In this document: positions 56,078 through 64,000 of the stretch, piece by piece
How positions within the stretch are numbered: position 1 is the stretch's first letter
Layout of the letters: the number at the start of each line of letters is the position of its first letter
Assembly (NCBI GenBank): GCA_963664825.1
Contig: OY761614.1
Coordinates: forward strand, 3,008,001 to 3,072,000
Direction of reading: 5' to 3'
From: an uncultured Holophaga sp.
GTDB taxonomy: Bacteria > Acidobacteriota > Holophagae > Holophagales > Holophagaceae
DNA length: 64,000 nucleotides
Notes under the pieces: generated by a model
Told to the model about the DNA's origin: nothing
What the model saw: the letters and a program-made list of their open reading frames with translations, nothing else
Databases searched by the model: none
Translations under genes and position numbers: made by a program

Positions 56078-59000
56078 TCATGCCTCCCAGCTAAAGGTGA
56101 TGCTCAGTTCGCCGCCCACCATCGCCACCCTGCTGGCGCAGCTGCGGAGATAGGGAATGCCCCGTCCTCGTTCGGAGAGAGGGTCCGTGGGGGATTGCAG
56201 GGCCTGGAGATCGAAGCCCAGGCCCTCGTCCACCACCCGGAGGGTGAAGGTGGGAGGGGATTCCTCCCACCGGGCGCAGAGATCGATCCGACCGTCGGCT
56301 CGCCACTCATTGCCATGGATCATGGCGTTGGTGAGGGCCTCCCTGGCCGCGGTGAGGATATCGAAGGTGCGGGAATGGGTGAGGGGAATGGATCGGGGGG
56401 CCTTGGCCAGGTAGGTCCTCAACTGGAGGATCGTCTCGTCGATGGCCGCGGCATCGGAGGGGAAGCGCATCCTCAGGCCCTCGGCCTCCAGGGGGGGCTG
56501 TTCAAACCCAACGGCCAGCAGATCATCCTGCAATCCCTGATCGGCAAGGGTCTGGGCGCTCCCGGCCAAGATGGAGACGGCCTCCTGGATGGGCACCTCG
56601 TGTAGCTCGCACCAGAGGTCCAGGGCGATATCGTCCATGAGTTCGCCGTCCCGGCTGCAGATATCGAAGAAACCGTCGCTGGCGAAGAGCACCCGTTCCC
56701 CCGCTTCGAGCATCAGCACCTTCTCATCGACCATCGGTTCGTCGAAGACACCCAGGGGCGTTCCGTTGATGGCGATGCGCAGGCGCCGGTTGGGGCCGCC
56801 GCAGAGGCCGTGGGGTAGGCCCGCATTCAGCACATGCAATCGGCCGCTGAGGGGTGACCAGTGGCCCAGCAGGACGCAGACCGGCACTTCCGAGAAGGGG
56901 CCCTCCTGGATGCCGTGATTTAGGCGCAGGGCCAGGGTGGAGATGTTCGTGTTCTGGGGCACCAGACTCGAGAGGAGGCCGAGGAGGGCCGCCACGGCGT
57001 AGGAGCTGATCACGGAATGGCCCGCCACGTCCGCCAGGATGAAGAGGATGGACCCATCGGGCTGCTTGAAACAACGAAACACATCGCCCCCGGCGTCCGT
57101 GAGGGACTGGTGCACCAGGTAGAGCGGGAGGTCCTTTTCGGGCACCGCGACCAGCGCCTGCTGGGCCATGCGGACGGCCTGGGCCGTTTCCGCGGAACGC
57201 TGCCGGACATTCACCCCCGAGATCATCCGTTCCACGCAGGAAATGAGCGCGGTGGAATCGAAGGGCTTGCTCAGGAATTCGCTCACCTGGAGATGCAGGG
57301 CCGACTTCATGGCCTCCATGTCCTCGGAAGATGAAAGCAGCGCCACCGGGATATCCGGATCGATCTCGCGGATGCGCTCCACGAGATGGATGCCATCCAT
57401 GCGCGGCATGACGATATCCGAGAGCACCATGGCGAAGGAGGCCGCTCCCTCCTCGGTGTAGATCTCCCAGGCCTCCTGGCCATCCCGGGCCTCCCTCACC
57501 CGGTACCCGGCCTTCACCAGCCAGGTGCGCAGGAGACTGAGGGTCACAGGGCTATCTTCGGCCAGCAGGATTTCTCCGGTGCGGGCCCGCTCCGGGGTGG
57601 GCGCGGCGCTGACCTCCACGCGAGCGGCGCATTTGCGCGCGTCCAGCACCCTGCGCAGGGCGTGTCCCAGATCGCGGATGGAGACGGGCTTGGTGAGCAC
57701 TTCGTCGAAGGGCGTCTCGAAACTGGGCTTCACGAGATTGCCCGAAGCCAGGATGACCGCGATATTCGGACGCAGTTTCCGGACCCGTCGGGCGAAGTCC
57801 TCCGCCGAAATGGCCCCCTTGGAATACTCCAACAGCACCACGTCGAAGATGGCGGGGTGTTCCTTGAAGGCGTCCAGGGCCGCATAGAGGTCGGATTTGG
57901 CGGTGACATGGTAGCCCAGGTGTTGGAGCGACTCCTTGGTGAGGGCCACCCGCACTTCCTCCATATCCACCACGAGGAGATGTTCGGTACCGCGTAATGC
58001 CTCCTGGGGAGTCTCATCCAACGTGGAAATTACGATGGTGGCCGAGGGGAGATGCACCTCCACGAGGGTGCCCCTGCCGGGTTCGGAGCTGATGGAGATG
58101 GTCCCGCCATGCTGGGTGACCACGCCATGGACGATGGAAAGCCCCAGGCCCGTGCCTCCCCCGGAACCCTTGGTGGTGTAGAAGGGTTCGAAGACATGCT
58201 TGAGGGTCTCTGCATCCATTCCGTACCCGCTATCGCGCACCGTGAGCCGGGCGGCCTTGGCTCCGGCGAGCATGGAACCGGGCTCGATATCGCCTTCCGT
58301 CAGCTCCAGTTCCAGCCACCCTTTGCCATCCAGGGCCTGAAGGGCGTTCACGGCCAGGTTCATCACCACCTGGTGGATCTGGGCGGGATCCCCAAGGGTC
58401 CACACCGAGGGGCTCACGTCGCTGCGGATCTGCACATCCTTGGAGACCGTCGATTTGAGCAGATGGACGCATTCCCGGACCACGGCGCTCAGATCGAAGG
58501 GGATGCGCCGCTCCTCGGTGGGGCGGCTGAAGGTGAGGATCCGCCGGTTCAGGTCCTTGGCCCGGTTGGCGGCCTGCATGATGACCTTGAGCTTGGAGCG
58601 GGCGGGGCTGTCCTCGGGGAGTTGCCATTCCATGAGTTCGGCCGAACTCATGATGGCGGTCAGGACATTATTGAAATCGTGGGCGACGCCGCTGGCCAGG
58701 GCTCCCAGGGCCTCCATCTTTTCCACCTGCCGGAGGTGCCGTTCCATCTCCAGTTCGGCGGTGATCTCCCGGAACACGCAGGTGATGAAGGCGTCGTGCC
58801 CTTCCGGGTGCAGCATGGAGACCGTGCCCGACAGGGTGCACAGGGCGCCGTCCACCCGCTGGACTCGCAGTTTCCCCTGCCAGGGCCGCCCCTCCATCAG
58901 GGCCTTCAGGATGGTTCTCACCAGGGCATGGCGCCCCTCTCGAGGCAGCAGGCCCAGGACTCTGCGACCCGTCCAGGCGGCGGTCTCGAATCCGGTGATG

Positions 59001-60643
59001 GCCGCAATGGCCTGGTTCACGTAGATCGTCCGCCCATGGAGATCGGCGATGAGCATCAATTCCACCGCGTGGTCCACCGCGGCGGCTAGGCGCGCCTGGG
59101 ATTCCTGGAGGGCCCGGTGGGCGGTGATGTCCTCCTTCACCCCCAGGAAATGGGTGATCCGGCCTTCGCTGAGGATGGGGGAGATGGTGACACTCTCCCA
59201 GTAGGCCTCCCCGCTCTTCTTCCGGTTGCAGAATTGACCCTTCCAGGTCTGGCCGCTTTGAATCGTCCGCCAGAGCTCGGCATAGACTTCCGGCCCCTGC
59301 AGGCCGGACTTGAGAATGCGGGGGGTGTTCCCCCGGGCTTCCTCCGGGGTATAGCCCGTGAGGGTGGAGAATTTGGGATTCACGTATTCGATGACCCCGG
59401 CATCATCGGTGATGACGATGGAGGCCGGGCTCTGCTCCATGGCCGCCAGCATCAGGGCCGTCTGGGCTTCCTGTTTCTTGAGCTCCGAGATATCGAGAAA
59501 GATCACGGAGAAGAGGCCCTTCCGGGGGCACTGGGCGAGGAGGCTGAAATGCTTGTCGAGTTCGCTGGAGTACTGATCGAATCGCTGGGACTCGCCCGTG
59601 AGGGCCACGCGCCCGTAGGCCTCGATCCAGTGAGCCTCGATGGCCGGGATGGCCTGCCGCACCGTGCGTCCGACGACTTCGGCGCTCTTTAGCCCCGTGG
59701 CGCGCTCCCAGGCTGGATTCACCTCCAGGAAGCGGTAGTCCACGGGCCTGCCCGCCTCGTCACAGATGATTTCATGCAGGGCGTAGCCCTCGCTCATTTC
59801 TTCGAAGAGGCGTCGGTAGCGGTTCTCGGTCTCCTGCAAACGGCCCTCGGTCTGGCGGTGTTCGCTGAGGTCCTGCACCAGCACGATGAGCTGGTCCACC
59901 TGGCCATCGGGCCGAAAGATCGGACTGATATCGATCATGGCCGGGAGGATCCGTCCATCCGGACGACAGAAGCAGGTCTCCTGGGGTTCGGAAACCCATT
60001 CATGGCCCAGGTGGCCGTGCCCCAAGAGGGCCAGATCGACCAGGTTCTGATCCGGGACGAAATCGCCCCAGGTCATCTTCAGGAAAGCCTCCTGGGGGAG
60101 ACCCGCCAGGAGGCAGAGGGCCTCGTTGACGGCTAGTATCTGGCCCTCCCTTCCCAAGATGCCCATTCCCACCAGCGACATCCGGAAGATGTGGCGCCAC
60201 CAGCGCTCGCTCTTCTGGATGACCTGTTGGGCCTGTCGAAGGACCCGGAGATCCCGGGCGGCGAGGGCCCCGTAAACGGTGCTGCCCTGCCGGAAGGTGT
60301 GCCCGCTCAAGCCCAGCAGAAGAACCTCGCCCTGTCGGTTCTGGCCTTCCACTTCCCGGGACCAGGACCCTGAGGTTTCCCGGAATCGTTCCAGGATCTC
60401 TCCCGCCGGGAGGAGTCCCTCCAGGCTGCGTCCGGCCAGTTCTGCGGGATCGCCGAACCCGAAGAGGCGGGCATAGGCGGGATTGCAGTGGATATGCCGT
60501 CCCTCCCGGAGCACGGCGACGGCTTCGGGAAGATGCTCGACCATGGCCTCGAAAAAACCCTGGCCCCGAGTCTTCTCGGCGCCGGGGGAAGACTCGGCCT
60601 CGGGTCGCTCCGGGAGTGGTGTTTTCGGGAACGGGTTGGCCAT
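56078..60643 (-). CDS. Hybrid signalling protein: multi-PAS, HisKA/HATPase, pseudo-REC, REC, SpoIIE/PP2C phosphatase, RsbW-like HATPase
   Basis: GVAHDFNN, NLAVNA, GTGLGL; REC SDIVMPRMDG; PP2C GGD, DVAGH, SDG, DD; C-terminal EALTNAMIHG, DEGLGFD, ERGRG. Start uncertain. Confidence 0.9.
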   Translation of the reverse strand: MANPFPKTPLPERPEAESSPGAEKTRGQGFFEAMVEHLPEAVAVLREGRHIHCNPAYARLFGFGDPAELAGRSLEGLLPAGEILERFRETSGSWSREVEGQNRQGEVLLLGLSGHTFRQGSTVYGALAARDLRVLRQAQQVIQKSERWWRHIFRMSLVGMGILGREGQILAVNEALCLLAGLPQEAFLKMTWGDFVPDQNLVDLALLGHGHLGHEWVSEPQETCFCRPDGRILPAMIDISPIFRPDGQVDQLIVLVQDLSEHRQTEGRLQETENRYRRLFEEMSEGYALHEIICDEAGRPVDYRFLEVNPAWERATGLKSAEVVGRTVRQAIPAIEAHWIEAYGRVALTGESQRFDQYSSELDKHFSLLAQCPRKGLFSVIFLDISELKKQEAQTALMLAAMEQSPASIVITDDAGVIEYVNPKFSTLTGYTPEEARGNTPRILKSGLQGPEVYAELWRTIQSGQTWKGQFCNRKKSGEAYWESVTISPILSEGRITHFLGVKEDITAHRALQESQARLAAAVDHAVELMLIADLHGRTIYVNQAIAAITGFETAAWTGRRVLGLLPREGRHALVRTILKALMEGRPWQGKLRVQRVDGALCTLSGTVSMLHPEGHDAFITCVFREITAELEMERHLRQVEKMEALGALASGVAHDFNNVLTAIMSSAELMEWQLPEDSPARSKLKVIMQAANRAKDLNRRILTFSRPTEERRIPFDLSAVVRECVHLLKSTVSKDVQIRSDVSPSVWTLGDPAQIHQVVMNLAVNALQALDGKGWLELELTEGDIEPGSMLAGAKAARLTVRDSGYGMDAETLKHVFEPFYTTKGSGGGTGLGLSIVHGVVTQHGGTISISSEPGRGTLVEVHLPSATIVISTLDETPQEALRGTEHLLVVDMEEVRVALTKESLQHLGYHVTAKSDLYAALDAFKEHPAIFDVVLLEYSKGAISAEDFARRVRKLRPNIAVILASGNLVKPSFETPFDEVLTKPVSIRDLGHALRRVLDARKCAARVEVSAAPTPERARTGEILLAEDSPVTLSLLRTWLVKAGYRVREARDGQEAWEIYTEEGAASFAMVLSDIVMPRMDGIHLVERIREIDPDIPVALLSSSEDMEAMKSALHLQVSEFLSKPFDSTALISCVERMISGVNVRQRSAETAQAVRMAQQALVAVPEKDLPLYLVHQSLTDAGGDVFRCFKQPDGSILFILADVAGHSVISSYAVAALLGLLSSLVPQNTNISTLALRLNHGIQEGPFSEVPVCVLLGHWSPLSGRLHVLNAGLPHGLCGGPNRRLRIAINGTPLGVFDEPMVDEKVLMLEAGERVLFASDGFFDICSRDGELMDDIALDLWCELHEVPIQEAVSILAGSAQTLADQGLQDDLLAVGFEQPPLEAEGLRMRFPSDAAAIDETILQLRTYLAKAPRSIPLTHSRTFDILTAAREALTNAMIHGNEWRADGRIDLCARWEESPPTFTLRVVDEGLGFDLQALQSPTDPLSERGRGIPYLRSCASRVAMVGGELSITFSWEA

Positions 60644-60702
60644 GGCGCTCAGAGCCTCGGAGGGTCGCCCTGTCGGCAATGGCGGGGAAACCCTGGAAAA
60701 AA

Positions 60703-60750
60703 GAAGGCGCAATCAATTGGGTCCGCCCGAACCCGATTGATTGCGCCTTC
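60703..60750. promoter_or_regulatory. 20-bp inverted repeat in a divergent intergenic region; hairpin plus U-tract on the minus strand
   Basis: GAAGGCGCAATCAATTGGGT / ACCCGATTGATTGCGCCTTC (19 of 20 match), with an A6 run at 60697-60702. Confidence 0.6.
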
Positions 60751-60949
60751 GACTTGCAGACCTAGAGACTGCCCATCAAGGCGTTCCGCTCCCAAAAAAA
60801 AGCGGAACTTATACGAGGTAATTCTCGACAGAGGAGGTCCGAAACTTGAATTTTGTCCTCCAAGATGGATTCACGCGAGTTGGGCAAGGGAGGGGATACC
60901 CTGGAGGGCGTCGGCCGAGAGGCTGAGGTCTGGTTCAGAAAGGATCGCC

Positions 60950-62800
60950 ATGGCAACCCGCAAGCCTCTGCCAATCTTCCGCTCGAATCTCCTGAGGTTC
61001 GGGGCGAGGGTCGCAATCGCCCTTCTGACCGCCAACATGCTGGTCCTCCAAGGGCAGCAGGACAGGGAAAAGGAAAAGGGAAAGGACAAGGACAGGAAGT
61101 CCGAGCCTGCCCGACCCGAATCCAAGCCGGAGCCGAAGCGGGAAGCCCCCCAGGCGGCGCCTCGCCCCCAGTCCCAGCCTGCCCGGCCCGAACCCAGGCA
61201 GGAACCGAGACGGGAAACCCAGCCGTCTCGGCAGGCCCCGGGAACCCCCGGGGGTCGCCCCGAGGTCACACGCCCCGGCACACCGAGTGGTCGACCCGAG
61301 GTGATGCGCCCCGGCACATCGAACGGTCGCCCCGAGATCACGCGCCCTGGCACACCGAGTGGTCGACCCGAGGTGATGCGCCCCGGCACACCGAGTGGTC
61401 GACCCGAGGTCACGCGTCCCGGCACACCGAACGGTCGACCCGAGGCGACGCGCCCTGGGGCCGCTGGAAGCCCCTGGGGTCGCCCCGAGCCTTCCCGGCC
61501 TGCCGGGGGACCTCCTGACCGGCGGGGCTCCGAGCGCCAGATTATTCCTACCCGCAATGGGGGAGAGATCCACCGCACCCAGAGCGGATCCATTCGCGAA
61601 GTCCACACGCCTAGCGGGGCCGTGATCCGCCATGCCCCGAGCGGGGCCAGGCATGTGGAGCTGGTCCGTCCGGGCGGAAGGGTCATCGTGGCCAACGCCA
61701 CGGGCCGCAGTGGCTACATCCAGAGGCCCCTGCAGTCCCATGGCCATGCCTTCATCCAGCGCACCTATATCTTCAACGGCGTCTCTCGCGCCCAGATCTA
61801 CCGGCCCTGGTCCCATGGGGGCCGGGAATACAACATCTACACCCCCAGTCACTTCTATCGTCCCAGCTTCTACACCTGGGCCTACACCCCCTGGTCCCGT
61901 CCCGTCCACTACCGCTGGGGCTGGAATTCCCGCCCCTGGTACGGCTACTATGGCGGGTATTTCACGCCCTATCCGACCTATGTGAGCCCCTCCTTCTGGC
62001 TGGCGGATTTCATCATCGCGGCCACCCTGGAGACGGCCTACCTCGCGCAAAATGCCTCCGTCGGGGCGCCGCCGGTCATCTACAACTCGACCACCTGCAT
62101 GACCCCGGAGGTGAAGGAGGCCATCACCGAGGAGGTCCGGCGGCAGATGGATCAGGCCCAGGCAGACCAGGCTGCCCAGGTTTCGGCCCCGCCCCCGCTC
62201 TTCTCGAGCCGAGGGCCCAGGGTCTTCCTGGTTTCGGATAGCCTGATGGGCTACTCCGGGAACCGGGAATGTCCGCTGGCGGAAGGGGATGTCCTTCAAC
62301 TGGTCGAAACCCCTGCCCTGGGGGCGGAATGGGCCGAAGTCAGGGTGCTGTCCAGCCGTGGCTCCAATTGCCCCAAGGGTAGCTACCTTTCCGTCCGAAC
62401 CATGGATCTTCAGGAGATGCAGAACCACATGCAGGCCACCGTCGATCTGGGCATGGCCAAGCTTCAGACGAGCCAGGGCAGGGACGGTATCCCGAAGCTC
62501 CCGGCCCAGGCCCTGGGCACCGTCAATGCGTCCTACACCGCAGATATCCAGCCCGACCCGGAGGCCCAGAGCGAGCTGGCCCTGGCCGCCAAGGAGGCCA
62601 ACCAGTCCGAGCAGGAAATCATCAGGGAAGGCGGGGAGGAACCCGCCGGATCGACCATCGCTTTGGGGATGAGCATCTCGGCTGTGGAAGGCGCCCTGGG
62701 CCGCCCCATCAACACGGTGGACCTCGGAGCCAAGAAGATCTATGTCTACAAGAATCTCAAGATCACCTTCCTCAAGGGGCGGGTGAGCGACGTCCAGTAG
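60950..62800 (+). CDS. Exported proline-rich hypothetical protein
   Basis: GAAAGGA RBS; signal-like segment, Pro/Arg repeats, Tyr/Trp-rich middle, C-terminal LGMS...V...LGRP...YVY...KITF..GRV (SmpA/BamE-like). Confidence 0.8.
   Translation: MATRKPLPIFRSNLLRFGARVAIALLTANMLVLQGQQDREKEKGKDKDRKSEPARPESKPEPKREAPQAAPRPQSQPARPEPRQEPRRETQPSRQAPGTPGGRPEVTRPGTPSGRPEVMRPGTSNGRPEITRPGTPSGRPEVMRPGTPSGRPEVTRPGTPNGRPEATRPGAAGSPWGRPEPSRPAGGPPDRRGSERQIIPTRNGGEIHRTQSGSIREVHTPSGAVIRHAPSGARHVELVRPGGRVIVANATGRSGYIQRPLQSHGHAFIQRTYIFNGVSRAQIYRPWSHGGREYNIYTPSHFYRPSFYTWAYTPWSRPVHYRWGWNSRPWYGYYGGYFTPYPTYVSPSFWLADFIIAATLETAYLAQNASVGAPPVIYNSTTCMTPEVKEAITEEVRRQMDQAQADQAAQVSAPPPLFSSRGPRVFLVSDSLMGYSGNRECPLAEGDVLQLVETPALGAEWAEVRVLSSRGSNCPKGSYLSVRTMDLQEMQNHMQATVDLGMAKLQTSQGRDGIPKLPAQALGTVNASYTADIQPDPEAQSELALAAKEANQSEQEIIREGGEEPAGSTIALGMSISAVEGALGRPINTVDLGAKKIYVYKNLKITFLKGRVSDVQ
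61253..61460 (+). repeat. 36-bp tandem repeat, about 6 copies, encoding GRPEV(T/M)RPGTPS
   Basis: Units start at 61253, 61289, 61325, 61361, 61397 and 61433; in frame. Confidence 0.92.
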
Positions 62801-62811
62801 CAACTGACAGA

Positions 62812-62849
62812 TCCGGCCTGTGCGTCCCCAGTGGATGCCCAGGCCGGAC
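62812..62849. terminator. Hairpin between convergent genes
   Basis: TCCGGCCTG ... CAGGCCGGA with an inner GCGTCC/GGATGC stem. Confidence 0.5.
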
Positions 62850-62930
62850 CTGTATTCATCCGAAATTTTGCGTTCTGGTTCAGCCGATGCGTCTTCAGGG
62901 AGCGGCGCATTTCGGCATTTTGAGCCGAGA

Positions 62931-63677
62931 TCAGACCCTCAGTAGCTGCTCCAGCCGCTCGCGAAGCTGGCCGAGTTCCTTGGATTTGAAGGCGCTCCGT
63001 GTGCGTTCCAGCACCTCGATGCCCTCCTGCACGACCCGCTGATACTCGTTGAGGCGAGGGCAGGTATGGATGGTGCAGCGCTCAGGGGCCGTTGCGGATT
63101 CCAGGGTCATTTCGAAGAGGGCTTTCATGTCCAGGAGGACCCCGGCGATATTGCCCAGGGCCAGCCCCAGGACCTCCCGGGAGGCCTGGTGGTCCAGGGC
63201 CTGAGGGGCGCTGTGCACGGCCTCCTGGATTCGCCCCAGATCCTCCAGCCAGCTCGTCAATCGCTCCTTGGAGCGGCCCATGGCGCGCTGGGAGCGGACG
63301 CTGGCCACGGCCCGCCGGATATGGCCCAGGAATTCTTCGAAGACGATGGGCTTGGTGAGATAGGCCGCCACCGGCAGATGGATGGATTGCACCGCCGTGC
63401 CCACGGAGGGGTAGCCGGTCACCAGGATCACTTGCAGATCCGGGCTCAGTTCCGAGGCCAAGCGGATGAAGTCCAGATCCTGGTTTCCGGGCATGAGGAT
63501 ATCGGAGATCAGGAGATCGTAGGTGTTCTCCCGCAGGAATTCAGCTGCCTCGAAGCCGTCCCGGGCCGTGTCCACCAGGAGTCCCTCCAGCCGCAGGAGA
63601 TCGGCCGTGGCGAGGAGGAATATCTCCTCGTCGTCGGCCATCAGGATCCGGGCGGGAGCTTGGGCATGGACGTTCAT
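62931..63677 (-). CDS. Response regulator (REC plus helical C-terminus)
   Basis: ILMADDE, ISDILMPG, VTGY, YLTKP. Confidence 0.9.
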   Translation of the reverse strand: MNVHAQAPARILMADDEEIFLLATADLLRLEGLLVDTARDGFEAAEFLRENTYDLLISDILMPGNQDLDFIRLASELSPDLQVILVTGYPSVGTAVQSIHLPVAAYLTKPIVFEEFLGHIRRAVASVRSQRAMGRSKERLTSWLEDLGRIQEAVHSAPQALDHQASREVLGLALGNIAGVLLDMKALFEMTLESATAPERCTIHTCPRLNEYQRVVQEGIEVLERTRSAFKSKELGQLRERLEQLLRV

Positions 63678-63705
63678 GGCGGAAGGCCTCGGAGGGGAGA
63701 CCAGT

Positions 63706-64000
63706 CTATGCGGAGTCCCAGGCCAGGGGAATCTTTACGGTGAAGATGCATCCGCCCTGGGGCGGGTTCTCGAAGTCGATGGAACCGTGAAGGGTTTCCA
63801 GCAGGCGGCGGCAGGTGGAGAGGCCCAGGCCCATGCCTCCCTGCAGCGAGTCCTGTTTGGTGGTGAAGCCCTCTTCCCAGATCCGCTTGGCCAGTCGCCC
63901 CGGGATGCCGGGGCCCGTATCGCAGACCTGGATCTCGAGATTCTCCCCCACCCGGCGGGCGCGGCAGCTCACGGTCCCCTCGGGAGGCGTGGCCTCGATG
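63706..64000 (-). CDS. Sensor histidine kinase, C-terminal HATPase part (extends beyond the window)
   Basis: DTGPGI, FTTK and GMGLGL. Confidence 0.88.
   Translation of the reverse strand, partial: IEATPPEGTVSCRARRVGENLEIQVCDTGPGIPGRLAKRIWEEGFTTKQDSLQGGMGLGLSTCRRLLETLHGSIDFENPPQGGCIFTVKIPLAWDSA

Noticed and set aside
60680..60715. c-di-GMP-I riboswitch-like GGAAACC...GGCGCAA
   Set aside because: The required stems do not pair.
61253..61460. 36-bp repeats as a CRISPR array
   Set aside because: The units are contiguous with no unique spacers, are in frame within a gene, and no cas genes are present.

Overview
GC-rich bacterial window; gene content suggests Acidobacteriota, possibly Holophagae (inference). 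From left to right: (1) an RND efflux operon, small ORFs and a patatin/beta-barrel gene, ending in an isolated tRNA 3' half at 9964-10005 that probably marks the edge of a genomic island; (2) a sigma54 two-component system and an operon with one adaptor, one ABC ATPase and five tandem MacB/ADOP-type permeases, preceded by a readable -24/-12 promoter and paired enhancer palindromes; (3) hemerythrin, a CsgG/TPR protein and a CoA-disulfide reductase-rhodanese with a perfect 31-bp palindrome upstream; (4) a decayed AbiE toxin-antitoxin (TA) pair; (5) a ~9.86-kb element integrated in tRNA-Arg(ACG) between 49-bp direct repeats. It encodes a tyrosine integrase, an HUH rolling-circle Rep with a candidate nick site inside its own gene, an excisionase-like HTH protein, a Phd-RelE/ParE TA pair, a low-GC AAA-ATPase plus subtilase (ietAS-like) defence module, and a ~500-nt non-coding region with elaborate GAA-triloop folding; (6) a 780-aa pentapeptide-repeat protein, bactofilin, M23 peptidase and a UbiA-family gene; (7) a chemosensory cluster led by a STAS protein and a very large PAS-kinase-REC-PP2C-RsbW-like fusion; (8) a proline-rich exported protein and a two-component pair. 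The integrative rolling-circle element and its folded region are the strongest candidates for an undescribed system. All calls come from reading motifs by eye; no searches were run.
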